The position numbers and the translations under genes are program-made. Shown here piece after piece: positions 13,714 through 25,659 of a stretch of 64,000 nucleotides of DNA. Positions within the stretch are counted from its first letter, which is position 1. Each line of letters opens with the position of its first letter. Source of the stretch: Eledone cirrhosa (lineage: Eukaryota); contig OZ024763.1 in assembly GCA_964016885.1 (NCBI GenBank), forward strand, positions 14,818,001 to 14,882,000. Direction: 5' to 3'. A model generated the notes under the pieces. That model was given only the letters and a program-made list of their open reading frames with translations, did no database searches and was not told the DNA's origin.

Positions 13714-13819
13714 CTTCTGCAATAAAATACATTGATAGAGCTTGTGCTCTATCAATGTGTTGAGTACCTTTTTTTAACTGTGCTCACCTCCTAATATACA
13801 CCAGGAATCCACCTATATA

Positions 13820-14187
13820 TCATCATCCTCATCGTTTTACGTCCTAGCATGGGTTAGACGGGTTGTCCTGTTGTGGGCAGTGTCCGGTCGGCTGACCTTA
13901 TCTTGCTCATACAGGAACTGATTCTGGCTTGAGGCCTTTCCTAACACCAACCTCATTTACAGTGAGTGCTGGGTGCTTTTTTGCCGTGGCACCTCCACGA
14001 CCACTTTACAGTGGAATGATAGGGACCCCAGTCCCTATCATCTCATTTCTACAGCTGAGCAAACTGGAGCAATGTGAAAATAAAGTGTCTTGCTCAAGGA
14101 AACAACACATCACCCGGTCTGATAATTGAACTCACAACCTTTCGATTGCAAGCCCAATGCTCTAACGACTAAACCATGCGTCTTCAC
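13820..14187 (-). mobile_element. RTE-tailed tRNA SINE
   Basis: Reverse copy of the same family. Confidence 0.8.
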
Positions 14188-14461
14188 GATATATATATAT
14201 ATATATATGTAAAAGTTCTATTTAAATTGTTGGGATACAACAAGCAAATATTTTTATAACTGATATAAAGCACTCAACAATCTGGGAGCTTCCAACAGTA
14301 ATGGTTGCATTCTTTAAGGGTATGTCAATATTTATTTATAAAACTGATCTATATTATATTTTATCTGATAAAAGCACACCATAATTTAACTTGGTATCCT
14401 TGAAATATGTATAATGAAATAAATATGGTTTTATAAATATAGTTTCCATTTGTTAATATCG

Positions 14462-14513
<52 letters not shown>

Positions 14514-15318
14514 TATATATATATAAATAAGCAGAAGTGATATTCAATTTGTTGGTAATTCAACAAATATAAATGTTTATAACTGATTCAGAGCACTCAA
14601 CAGATTTTCTGGAGTATAATATAAAATGATATTATATATATATATATATAAATATATATCGAAAAGGTAATATTTGAAGCTCTAATTAAACTTTAATTAG
14701 TTACCTACCTAGCTATGTGTCCTTACACACTTTACAAATTATCCCCTGTGATTGTTTCATGTGTTTATTTTAAATATATATATATATATAAATATATATA
14801 TCAACTAGAAATAGATTGACATATATATATATATAAAATAAACATTTGGAACAATCACAGGGAATAATTTGTAAAGTATGTAAGCACACATAGCTAGGTA
14901 GGTAACCAATTAAAGTTTAATTAGAGCTTCAAATATAGATACCTTTTAAAATGATTAATCTCCTTTGTATATATTTCTTTAAATAAAAAATATATTTCAC
15001 CAATTAATTAGTAAATCACAGTAGTCAAATCCTGGATGGTCACCAAAGGAGAAGATACAACTATCTGCGTTTACAAAGCAAATGCAAATCCGTGAATAAC
15101 TCAAACCAGGTGTTGCATTTTAAAAAATACACACATCGCACATACTTTATAAATTATTCCCTGTGATTGTTCCATATGTTTATTTTATATATATATATGT
15201 CAATCTATTTCTAGTTGATATAAAATGCTCGGATCTATTCATTGGAATCTTTTAGCTTATTCTGCAGTGGATATGGCGCATGTCTCTAAGACATGACAAC
15301 CCTTAATTTAATTTTTGG

Positions 15319-15360
<42 letters not shown>

Positions 15361-15694
15361 CAACTAGAAATTATATATAAATATATATATATTTTTATTT
15401 ACTCAGCTGTAGAAATGAGATGATAGGACCCCGGTCCTGATAGGACCGGGGTCCTATCATTTCACTGCAAAGTGGTCATGGAGGTGCCACAGAAAAAAAG
15501 AACCCAGCCCACACTGTAAAGTGGACGTGTAGGCGCCACGGAAAATAAGCACCCAACACTCACTGTAAATGAGGTTGGTGTTAGGAAGGGCATCCAGCTG
15601 TAGAAATCAAGCCAGAATCAGTTCCCGTCCCACCCTTGCAAGCAGGGAAAGGTGGACGTAAAATGATGATGATGAGATGATGATGTATAAATAA

Positions 15695-16241
15695 ATAAAT
15701 ATTGCCACACCTCAGTGGAGAGCAAGGCACGCTCAGACAGGCATTCCACAAGTCAATTGAGAAAGTTTGGTCAATAGTCATGGAAGACCTTCAATGTAAC
15801 AATCAGGGAAATTGCTCACAAAGTGAGAATATGCACAGGATCAGTGGATTCCATTTCAACGAAGGAGGATTTGTGCATGCAGAGAATGTCAGTGAAATTC
15901 ATCCCCAAGTTGCTGGCAGAGCAACTGAAGCAACTCCACATGGAAATCACTGAGGACATGTTGGACTGTGCAAACCACAACCCTCACTTCATCAGGCTTT
16001 TGGCAAAATTTGAGGCAATATCTCTGCTTGATGTGTTCAGGCATCTTGCGTGCAAACGAAAATCCGCTGAGCACGCAAAACAGGTATGTACTCCAGGTGT
16101 AACAGCCATGAACTGACGTGGCCAACTGGGGCAAAACTTTTCATACATACACAGGAAGGGTGGCATCACCTCTCACCCAAAGGATTTTGCCCAGTTTTGG
16201 AGGTAAAAAAAGTCGTCAGATATTTCTTTAATAATGCACCT

Positions 16242-16248
<7 letters not shown>
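15695..16248. mobile_element. Rearranged mariner transposase remnant
   Basis: Plus strand ICTGSVDSI..EDLCMQRMSVKFIPKLL..QLKQ (mariner linker); minus strand EHIKQRYCLKFCQK (mariner N-terminus) running to a TA-flanked end. Confidence 0.7.
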
Positions 16249-16304
<56 letters not shown>

Positions 16305-16372
16305 CTATATGTATAATAAGGAGTTGACGGACCCAGCATATATATCAATACACATATATACATACATATATG

Positions 16373-16418
<46 letters not shown>

Positions 16419-16433
16419 TACATACATATATAC

Positions 16434-16474
<41 letters not shown>

Positions 16475-16896
16475 TATATATATGTATATATATATATATA
16501 AACACATATATATATATATGTACACACATATATATGTACACATATATTTGTATGTATATATGTACACACATATATATGTACACATATATTTGTATGTATA
16601 TATGTGTACATATATATGTGTATATATATAGACACATATATATGTACACATATATATGTACACATATATACGTATGTATATATGTGTATATATATATAAA
16701 CACACATATATACATATATATGTATATATGTGCGTATATATATATATATAAACACACATATATATATATATATATATATGTATGTATATATGTATATGTG
16801 TGTGTATTTGTGTACGAGTAGTTATAGAATCCTTTAAAAATTCTTACGAAGCCCAGAATTCAGTGTAACTATGGTAACCAAAGGTAGTGAACTTAC

Positions 16897-16998
16897 CTGT
16901 TCTAATTGCTGTATCTGAGCAGCTTGGTCATCAAGTTCCTCTTCCTGTTCAGAAAGTTTCATTGATAATTCATGTTTGGCTCTCTTTAATGCCATGTA
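16897..16998 (-). CDS. MYO18A: Myosin XVIII-like exon: YMALKRAKHELSMKLSEQEEELDDQAAQIQQLEQ
   Basis: Acceptor tctctatttCAG|TAC and donor CAG|GTAAGT; 102 nt, phase 0/0. Resembles MYO18A KDQEEELDEQAGTIQMLEQ. Not in the supplied ORF list. Confidence 0.92.
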
Positions 16999-17237
16999 CT
17001 GAAATAGAGAGACGTAGAGATACAGAGATATATAGAGAGAGATATACAGAGATATATATAGAGAGATATGTAGCTATAGAGATATAGGGAGACGTAGAGA
17101 GAGACATATATATATAGAGAGAGAGATACAGAGATATATATAGAGAGATATGTAGCTATAGAGATATAGGGAGACGTAGAGATAGAGATATATAGAGAGA
17201 TATGTAGCTATAGAGATATAGGGAGACGTAGAGATAC

Positions 17238-18160
17238 GTCTGGCAATGGACTTGGTAAACACCCACAAAGTTATTAACCATCTTGCCAACAACAACCCTG
17301 AGCACCTTTTTGATCTCCATGTGTCTAACACATGTGGGCATGCCTACAAAATCAGAAAACAGCACAGTTCCCATGACTTTCGGAAACATTTTTTCACGCT
17401 CAGAGTTGCTGAAGCATGGAACAAACTCCCTGCGTCAGTTGTTAGCTGTCGAGACACTGCATCCTTTAAAACCTCCATGGAACAAACTACCTGCATCAGT
17501 TGTTAGCTGTCAAGACACTGCATCCTTTAAAACCTCCATGGAACAAACTCCCTGCGTCAGTTGTTAGCTGTTGAGACACTGCATCCTTTAAAACCTCCAT
17601 GGAACAAACTACCTGCATCAGTTGTTAGCTGCCGAGACACTGCATCCTTTAAAACCTCCATGGAACAAACTACCTGCACCAGTTGTTAGCTGCCGAGACG
17701 CTGCATCCTTTAAAACCTCCATGGAACCAACTACCTGCATCAGTTGTTAGCTGTCGAGACACTGCATCCTCTAAAACCTCCATGGAACAAACTACCTGCG
17801 TCAGTTGTTAGCTGTCGAGACACTGCATCCTCTAAAACCTCCATGGAACAAACTACCTGCATCAGTTGTTAGCTGCCGAGACACTGCATCCTTTAAAACC
17901 TCCATGGAACAAACTACCTGCATCAGTTGTTAGCTGCCGAGACACTGCATCCTTTAAAACCCTCATGCTTCCAGAAATTCGCCAAAACTACACCTGATGT
18001 ACGCCTTCCATACACATGCACACATGTGTATATCATGACTCATGCACTGTTCATTTTCCTGACGTTTGTACATTACCCTATGTACTATACATACACTTTT
18101 TGATGAGTTGTAGTGCACCTGAGCACTGTACACAATATTTCATTGTTATTATTATTATTA
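17238..18160 (+). mobile_element. CR1/L2-group LINE 3' end with an internal 61-bp unit repeated about 9 times (17415-17963)
   Basis: Same family as 11733; unit catggaacaaactacctgcatcagttgttagctgtcgagacactgcatcctttaaaacctc. Confidence 0.82.
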
Positions 18161-18218
18161 TATATAAACGTAAAAATATACATTTACAAAGCTCAACATG
18201 TGTAAGGAATTAAAAATT

Positions 18219-18420
18219 AGGGTGGTGGATTGGCAGTATCGGTAGAGGGTCGGACACCATGCTTTGACGCATAGAGCTACGGCCCTTGCCATTCTGAGTT
18301 CAAATGCCGCTGAGGTTAACTTTGCCTTTCATCCTTACGGGGTCGATAAAATAAAGTACCAGTAATACACTGGGCAATTGCTGGCCTTGTGCCAAAAGCA
18401 GAAACAATTAATATTATTAT
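18219..18420 (+). mobile_element. tRNA-derived SINE (Nin/Deu-like core)
   Basis: Same A and B boxes, core and (ATT)n tail as the 35797 copy. Confidence 0.8.
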
Positions 18421-18548
18421 TATAGAGATATATACACATATATATTTCGTTTCTGAATTTGTTTAGCAAGATTCTTTATCTGAAATCGTGTGTTGAAACC
18501 GATATTGTTATACTTATTGTTAGCAACATGACCCTCCCAAAGTATCAC

Positions 18549-18634
<86 letters not shown>

Positions 18635-18638
<4 letters not shown>

Positions 18639-18970
18639 CACATGGCTTAGTGGTTAGAACATTGGTCTTGCAATCGAAAGGTTGTGAGTTCAATTCTCAG
18701 ACTGGGTGTTGTGTTGTTTCCTTGAGCAAGACACTTTATTTCACATTGCTCCAGTTTACTCAGCTGTAGAAATGAGATGATAGGGACTGGGGTCCCTATC
18801 ATTCCACTGCAAAGTGGTCGTGGAGGTGCCACGGCAAAAAAGCACCCAGCATTCACTGTAAATGAGGTTGGTGTTAGGAAGGGCATCCAGCTGTAGAAAT
18901 CAAGCCTGAATCAGTTCCCGTCCCACCCTTGCAAGCAGGGAAAAGCAGACGTAAAATGATGATGATGATG
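18635..18970 (+). mobile_element. tRNA-derived SINE with Meta-like core and RTE-derived tail
   Basis: Head GGCACATGGCTTAGTGGTTAG...GAGTTCAATTC, core TTCCTTGAGCAAGACACTTTATTTCACATTGCTCCAG, tail GGTTGGTGTTAGGAAGGGCATCCAGCTG...ACGTAAAA(TGA)n. Confidence 0.82.
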
Positions 18971-19013
18971 ACTGCCATGATGGCAAATACTCTCCCTTTC
19001 TCCATACACACAC

Positions 19014-19049
<36 letters not shown>

Positions 19050-19564
19050 AGTAAGGCTGCTAAGATGCGTCCATAGGCGGTATGCCGGTTGAGCACTCTA
19101 TGCTCCTTCAGAGCAGAGTATGATGATATGGAAAACGAAGAATGAGTGATGCCTCGAAACACAATTTATTAACGTATTACAATTGTTTCTCCAGAGAGTG
19201 GAGTGAGTGGAGCTAGAGGGGAGAGTGGAGTGAGATGGGGATTGAGTGGAGCTAGAGAGGAGAGTGGAGTGAGAGGGGATTGAGTGGAGCTAGAGGGGAG
19301 AGATGGGGTTGAGTGAGAGGGGATTGAGTGGAGCTAGAGGGGAGCGTGGAGTGAGAGGGGATTGAGTGGAGCTAGAGGGGAGCGTGGAGTGAGAGCAGAG
19401 AAGGTGTAGCTGGAAGAGTAAAGGTGGAGTGGGGGGAGGGTGGATGGCAGTGGGTGTGGAATGAGCGAGAGCGAAGGTGGAGTGAATGAGGGTGTAAGTG
19501 AGAGAGATGGGTGGGGGAGGTGTAGGGGAAGGCTAAATGAAGGAAGGGGTGTGTGGGGAGTATG

Positions 19565-20112
19565 AAGCTGTAGGGAGAGGCTATGTAAAGGAAAGGGGTG
19601 TGTTGGAGCTGTAGGGAGAGGCTATGTAAAGGAAAGGGGCGTGTGGGGTGTAGGGAGAGGCTAAGTAAGGGAAAGGGGCGTGTGGGGTGTAGGGAGAGGC
19701 TAAGTAAGGGAAAGGGGCGTGTGGGGTGTAGGGAGAGGCTAAGTAAAGGAAAGGGGTGTGTGGGGTGTAGGGAGAGGCTATGTAAGGGAAAGGGGTGTGT
19801 GGGGTGTAGGGAGAGGCTAAGTAAGGGAAAGGGGTGTGTGGGGTGTAGGGAGAGGCTAAGTAAGGGAAAGGGGTGTGTGGGGTGTAGGGAGAGGCTAAGT
19901 AAGGGAAAGGGGTGTGTGGGGTGTAGGGAGAGGCTAAGTAAGGGAAAGGGGTGTGTGGGGTGTAGGGAGAGGCTAAGTAAGGGAAAGGGGTGTGTGGGGT
20001 GTAGGGAGAGGCTAAGTAAGGGAAAGGGGTGTGTGGGGTGTAGGGAGAGGCTAAGTAAGGGAAAGGGGTGTGTGGGGTGTAGGGAGAGGCTAAGTAAGGG
20101 AAAGGGGTGTGG
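19565..20112. repeat. 39-bp G-rich minisatellite (about 14 copies)
   Basis: Unit tgtagggagaggctaagtaagggaaaggggtgtgtgggg. Confidence 0.9.
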
Positions 20113-20356
20113 GGGAGGGAGTGTTATACAAAGGAAATAGGAAAAAGGATTAAAGGTTGAGGAAGGGCAATGTGGTGGTGGTGCAGGGTGGGGTTGATGG
20201 AGGAAGAGAACGACAGGGGAGGGGGGGTAGCATAGGGAAGAGGAAATAGTTTCTGGTTATAACAGCCCCCCTCCCCCAGGTACAAATGCACTGGGTGTGT
20301 GTCTGTGGTAAAAGTGTTTGTGGCAGTATGAGTATGTATATGTGTGTGTGTGTATT

Positions 20357-20389
<33 letters not shown>

Positions 20390-20606
20390 ATATGTGTATA
20401 TGTGTGTATATGTATATATATATATATGTGTGTATATGTATGTATATATATATATATATGTGTGTATATGTATGTATATATATATATATATATATACACA
20501 TATATACATATATGTATGTATATGTATATATATATATATATATATATACATATACATACATATATGTATATATATATATATATATATACATATACATACA
20601 TATATG

Positions 20607-20638
<32 letters not shown>

Positions 20639-20676
20639 CATATATGTATGTATATATACATATACATACATATATG

Positions 20677-20708
<32 letters not shown>

Positions 20709-20711
20709 CAT

Positions 20712-20742
<31 letters not shown>

Positions 20743-20752
20743 CATATATGTA

Positions 20753-20784
<32 letters not shown>

Positions 20785-20824
20785 CATATACATACATATA
20801 TGTATATATATATACATATATGTA

Positions 20825-20856
<32 letters not shown>

Positions 20857-20890
20857 CATATACATACATATATGTATATATATATACATA

Positions 20891-21070
<180 letters not shown>

Positions 21071-21082
21071 TGTATGTATATG

Positions 21083-21120
<38 letters not shown>

Positions 21121-21167
21121 TAAAAACACGCCATGCTTGCTAGGAAGATAGCCATTAAATGATGATG

Positions 21168-21223
<56 letters not shown>

Positions 21224-21482
21224 CTATATATATATATATACACTTACATACATTCAAAGTTCTAAACACACTGCGTTGATCATCATCGTTTAACATCTAT
21301 CTTCCATGCTAGCATGTGGTGTATGTATATATAAACTTATGTACACATATATCTGTGTGTGTTTATACATATATACATTCATAAATATATATATAGATAG
21401 ATATATAAACACACGCAAGTATATATATATATATATACTAGTGTGGAAGATAGCTGTTAAACGATGATGATGATGATGATGA

Positions 21483-21532
<50 letters not shown>

Positions 21533-21713
21533 GCATGTGTTTATATATCTATATATATACATGCATGTGTTTATATATCTATATATATATATATATATAT
21601 AGATATGAATGTATATATGTATACAAATGCACACACACACATATATATACATACATACATACACATACACATACATGCATGCATATCTATTCATACACTC
21701 ACAAATATATATT

Positions 21714-21747
<34 letters not shown>

Positions 21748-21942
21748 TATATACCCTCCAAGGTGTATTTACCCATATACAACAATAAAACATTAATCCA
21801 CCACAGATTACAGTTAATCCTCAGTAATTAGAAATATCGTTAATATAGACACTAACGAGGGAGAAATTTCACACACACACACACACACTGGTGTACATAC
21901 CTATACATGTCATATAAGGATTTTATTTCTGACACTTTTTTT

Positions 21943-22720
21943 TGCCGTGGCACCTACACGTCCACTTTACAGTGTGGGCTGGGTGCTTTTTTTGCTGTGG
22001 CACCTACACGTCCACTTTACAGTGTGGGCTGGGTGCTTTTTTTGCTGTGGCACCTACACGTCCACTTTACAGTGTGGGCTGGGTGCTTTTTTTGCTGTGG
22101 CACCTACATTCCACTTTACAGTGTGGGCTGGGTGCTTTTTTTGCTGTGGCACCTACACGTCCACTTTACAGTGTGGGCTGGGTGCTTTTTTTGCTGTGGC
22201 ACCTACACGTCCACTTTACAGTGTGGGCTGGGTGCTTTTTTTGCTGTGGCACCTACATTCCACTTTACAGTGTGGGCTGGGTGCTTTTTTTGCTGTGGCA
22301 CCTACATTCCACTTTACAGTGTGGGCTGGGTGCTTTTTTTGCTGTGGCACCTACATTCCACTTTACAGTGTGGGCTGGGTGCTTTTTTTGCTGTGGCACC
22401 TACACGTCCACTTTACAGTGTGGGCTGGGTGCTTTTTTTGCTGTGGCACCTACATTCCACTTTACAGTGTGGGCTGGGTGCTTTTTTTGCCGTGGCACCT
22501 ACATTCCACTTTACAGTGTGGGCTGGGTGCTTTTTTTGCTGTGGCACCTACATTCCACTTTACAGTGTGGGCTGGGTGCTTTTTTTGCCGTGGCACCTCC
22601 ACGTCCACTTTACAGTGTGGGCTGGGTGCTTTTTTTTTGCTGTGGCACCTCCACGTCCACTTTACAGTGTGGGCTGGGTGCTTTTTTTTGCTGTGGCACC
22701 TACACGTCCACTTTACAGTG
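21943..22720. repeat. 49/50-bp minisatellite (about 16 copies) expanded inside a minus-strand SINE that continues to 22890
   Basis: Unit tttttttgctgtggcacctacacgtccactttacagtgtgggctgggtgc; runs directly into the SINE core and head. Confidence 0.9.
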
Positions 22721-23236
22721 GAATGATAGGGACCCCAGTCCCTATCATCTCATTTCTACAGCTGAGTCAACTGGAGCAATGTGAAATAAAGTGTCTTGCT
22801 CAAGGAAACAACACATCACCCGGTCTGACAATTGAACTCACAACCTTTCGATTGCAAGGCCAATGCTCTAACCACTAAGCCATGCGCCCCTATAGCAATA
22901 ATAATAAATGTGAAGACTAAAATCCGAGGAGGACTCAATACATTGCTTTAACTTTAATCTGTTATTTCAATAAATAAATATATATATATATATATAACGA
23001 AGGAAGTGTGGTAAGGAACCAGGTGGACCATAACACACCAGAGTACTCAATACTTAGGGTAGTAGAGTGGGTAATAGGAAAAGAGTCAGGACCCTGATGG
23101 CTGAGCTCTGTTCGTTTCAACAGCGACCTAGTTGTCGAAAGGGACAGAGCTCAGCCGCCGGGGTCCTGACTCTTTTCATTTTATATATATAGTGACGAAA
23201 CATAAGTCAATTGTATGAACTCATAATCCTTTATTT

Positions 23237-23292
23237 ACTGCTATATATATTTCGATGATAGCCATTGAATGGCTATGACCTCATCAGGCAGT
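23237..23292 (-). ncRNA. Minimal type I hammerhead ribozyme
   Basis: Minus strand reads ACTGC-CTGATGA-GGTcATAGCCATT c AATGGCTATcATC-GAAA-TATATA-TA^GCAGT. Perfect 5-bp stem I, long stem II with a CxC mismatch, palindromic stem III. Confidence 0.8.
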
Positions 23293-23384
23293 TAGTCAGT
23301 TCTTAGATATGCCAGCTCTGTGTTTATGGTGTTGATGGTATCAGAGCCTTGGGACATATATATATATATACACACACACATTAT

Positions 23385-24140
23385 AAATAACAATTAAAGA
23401 GTGTTTAAAACATTTAATCACGATCGTTTCATCCTAGCACAAGGCCAGAATCATTGGAGCATATAATTGTTTCTACTTTTGGCACAAGGAGAGAAATTAT
23501 CCCAGTGTATTACTGGTACTTTATTTTATCGACCCCGTAAGGATGAAAGGCAAAGTTAACCTCAGCGGAATTTAGTATTTAATAAAGGCTAAAACACAAA
23601 TATAATATCAGAAGTTTGTCATAATAACATTACGAGGATACATAATATGGGAAGTAAGCATAAGTATCAATATTTGTATAAGAGAAGATAAAGGCAGAAG
23701 AAGCATATGATTATGATATATTTCTTGCACTGTACTTAACCTTTCCGTAGCTGCATGTTTTTAAATTTTTTTTTACATTCTTAATGTTTTTATCTGCTCC
23801 TTATTTTATTGCATTTTTATCCTCATATTTTTCATATGCTTCTTCCCCCTTTGCTATCTTTTCTTATACAAATATTGATACTTATGCTTACTTCCCATAT
23901 TATGTATCCTCCTAATGTTCTTATGAACAAACTTCTGATATTATATTTGTGTTTTAACCTTTATAATATACTCTGATGAATTCGGTCTTGTGCTAGGATG
24001 AAACGATTGTAAATAATTAAATGTTCTAAACACTCTTTGATTGTTATTTACATTGTATTTCGACTCTGTAATATACCTGTTATTCTACATTGAGCTATTC
24101 TCATACTTGTAACTGGATAATATTTAACATTACCCCGAAC
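23385..24140. mobile_element. Penelope-derived long inverted repeat with decayed hammerhead cores, interrupted by a SINE fragment (about 23465-23575)
   Basis: 23585-23710 is the reverse complement of 23833-23960, and 23385-23460 of 23970-24050. CTGATGA...GAAACGATTGTA at 23973-24011; the inverted copy has the palindromic loop ACGATCGT. Confidence 0.55.
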
Positions 24141-24219
24141 AAACACACACACACATACAACCCATACTAGTGTAGAAAATGGACATAAAACTGTGATGAT
24201 TATATATGTATATATATAT

Positions 24220-24411
24220 AATTGTTTCTACTTTTGGCTCAAGGCAAGCAATTACCCAGTGCATTACTGGTACTTTATTTTATCGACCCCGTAAGGATGA
24301 AAGGCAAAGTTAACCTAAGCGGGATTTGAACTCAGACCATAAAGGGCCATAACTCTATGCTGCAAAGCATGTTGTCCGACCCTCTACTGATACTGCCAAT
24401 CGACCACCCTC
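24220..24411 (-). mobile_element. tRNA-derived SINE (Nin/Deu-like core)
   Basis: Full-length reverse copy of the same family. Confidence 0.8.
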
Positions 24412-24697
24412 TATATATATTTATAATAGACACCAAATACGTTTTTACATTAAATGCTGAAATGTTAAAATGTATTTGGTGTCTATTCCAATGAATAATT
24501 TGCTTCATGTGTAATTATTATTTTTAGCACAATAGGATTTTGTATACATGTTTTTCTAGAAAATTCTTTCAAAGAAGCATGAAACGCAGCCTTTTGTACT
24601 GCTTATTATAATAAATTAGTCTATTTCGAGCTGTTTTTAACTTCGACTATGTTTCTAATTTTTATATTGTTTTTGTAAAGAATGATATCTTTTTCAT

Positions 24698-25045
24698 GGA
24701 GGCACATGGCTTAGTGGTTAGAGCATTGGCCTTGCAATCGAAAGGTTGTGAGTTCAATTCTCAGACCGGGTCCCTGTTGATGTGTTGTTTCCTTGAGCAA
24801 TACACTTTATTTCACATTGCTCCAGTTTACTCAGCTGTAGAAATGAGATGATAGGGACTGGGGTCCCTATCATTCCACTGCAAAGTGGTCGTGGAGGCAC
24901 CACGGGAAAAAAGCACCCAGCACTCACTGTAAATGAGGTTGGTGTTAGGAAGGGCATCCAGCTGTAGAAATCAAGCCAGAATCAGTTCCCGTCCCACCCT
25001 TGCAAGCAGGGAAAAGCGGACGTAAAATGATGATGATGATGATGA

Positions 25046-25047
<2 letters not shown>
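24698..25047 (+). mobile_element. RTE-tailed tRNA SINE
   Basis: Near-identical to the 18635 copy. Confidence 0.82.
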
Positions 25048-25081
<34 letters not shown>

Positions 25082-25659
25082 GAATTTAAGTTCACAAAGT
25101 TAATTGATTTCTGAAGGCCGTTTGTCACCTGAAATGTTCGTAAACCGAAATTATTTTTTTCCATAGGAAATGTTGAGAGTAAAATACAGTGAGAGTGAGA
25201 CTGTGTGTGAAAGACAGATAGATATCACCACAGTAACTAACTACACAGCGAGTGACACTTTCCTTGACACACCGTTCGTGAACCAAGATGTGTTATGCTT
25301 GGATTAACTGTTCATGATGAGAGCCGTTCATCAACCGAGGTTCCATTATATGTGTGTGTGTAAAGTTCATTTTCCCTGCTAGCATGGGTTTCTCAATGCC
25401 AACCACTTTTCAGAGTGTACTTGGTGCAATGTATCGTAACACTAACACTATAACTTTACAGAACATACTATATATATATATGTATATGTATGTATGTGTA
25501 TGTGTGTGTGAATGTAAACATCGCGTGGCTAGAAGCTGGTGGTGGAATTTGAAAATTGAATTGAATTAGTAATAGCCCAATAACAGAGTGTATTAGCCCC
25601 TAGGACAGAAAATAATGGGTATTAGCATGTGTGGGATATATATGTATATATAAAAAGTG

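Noticed and set aside
14357-14421. Family A hammerhead copy
   Set aside because: Core mutated to CTGATAA, so predicted inactive; counted only as a decayed copy.
18635-18710. tRNA-like sequences with A and B boxes
   Set aside because: They are SINE heads continuing into SINE cores, without a complete cloverleaf.
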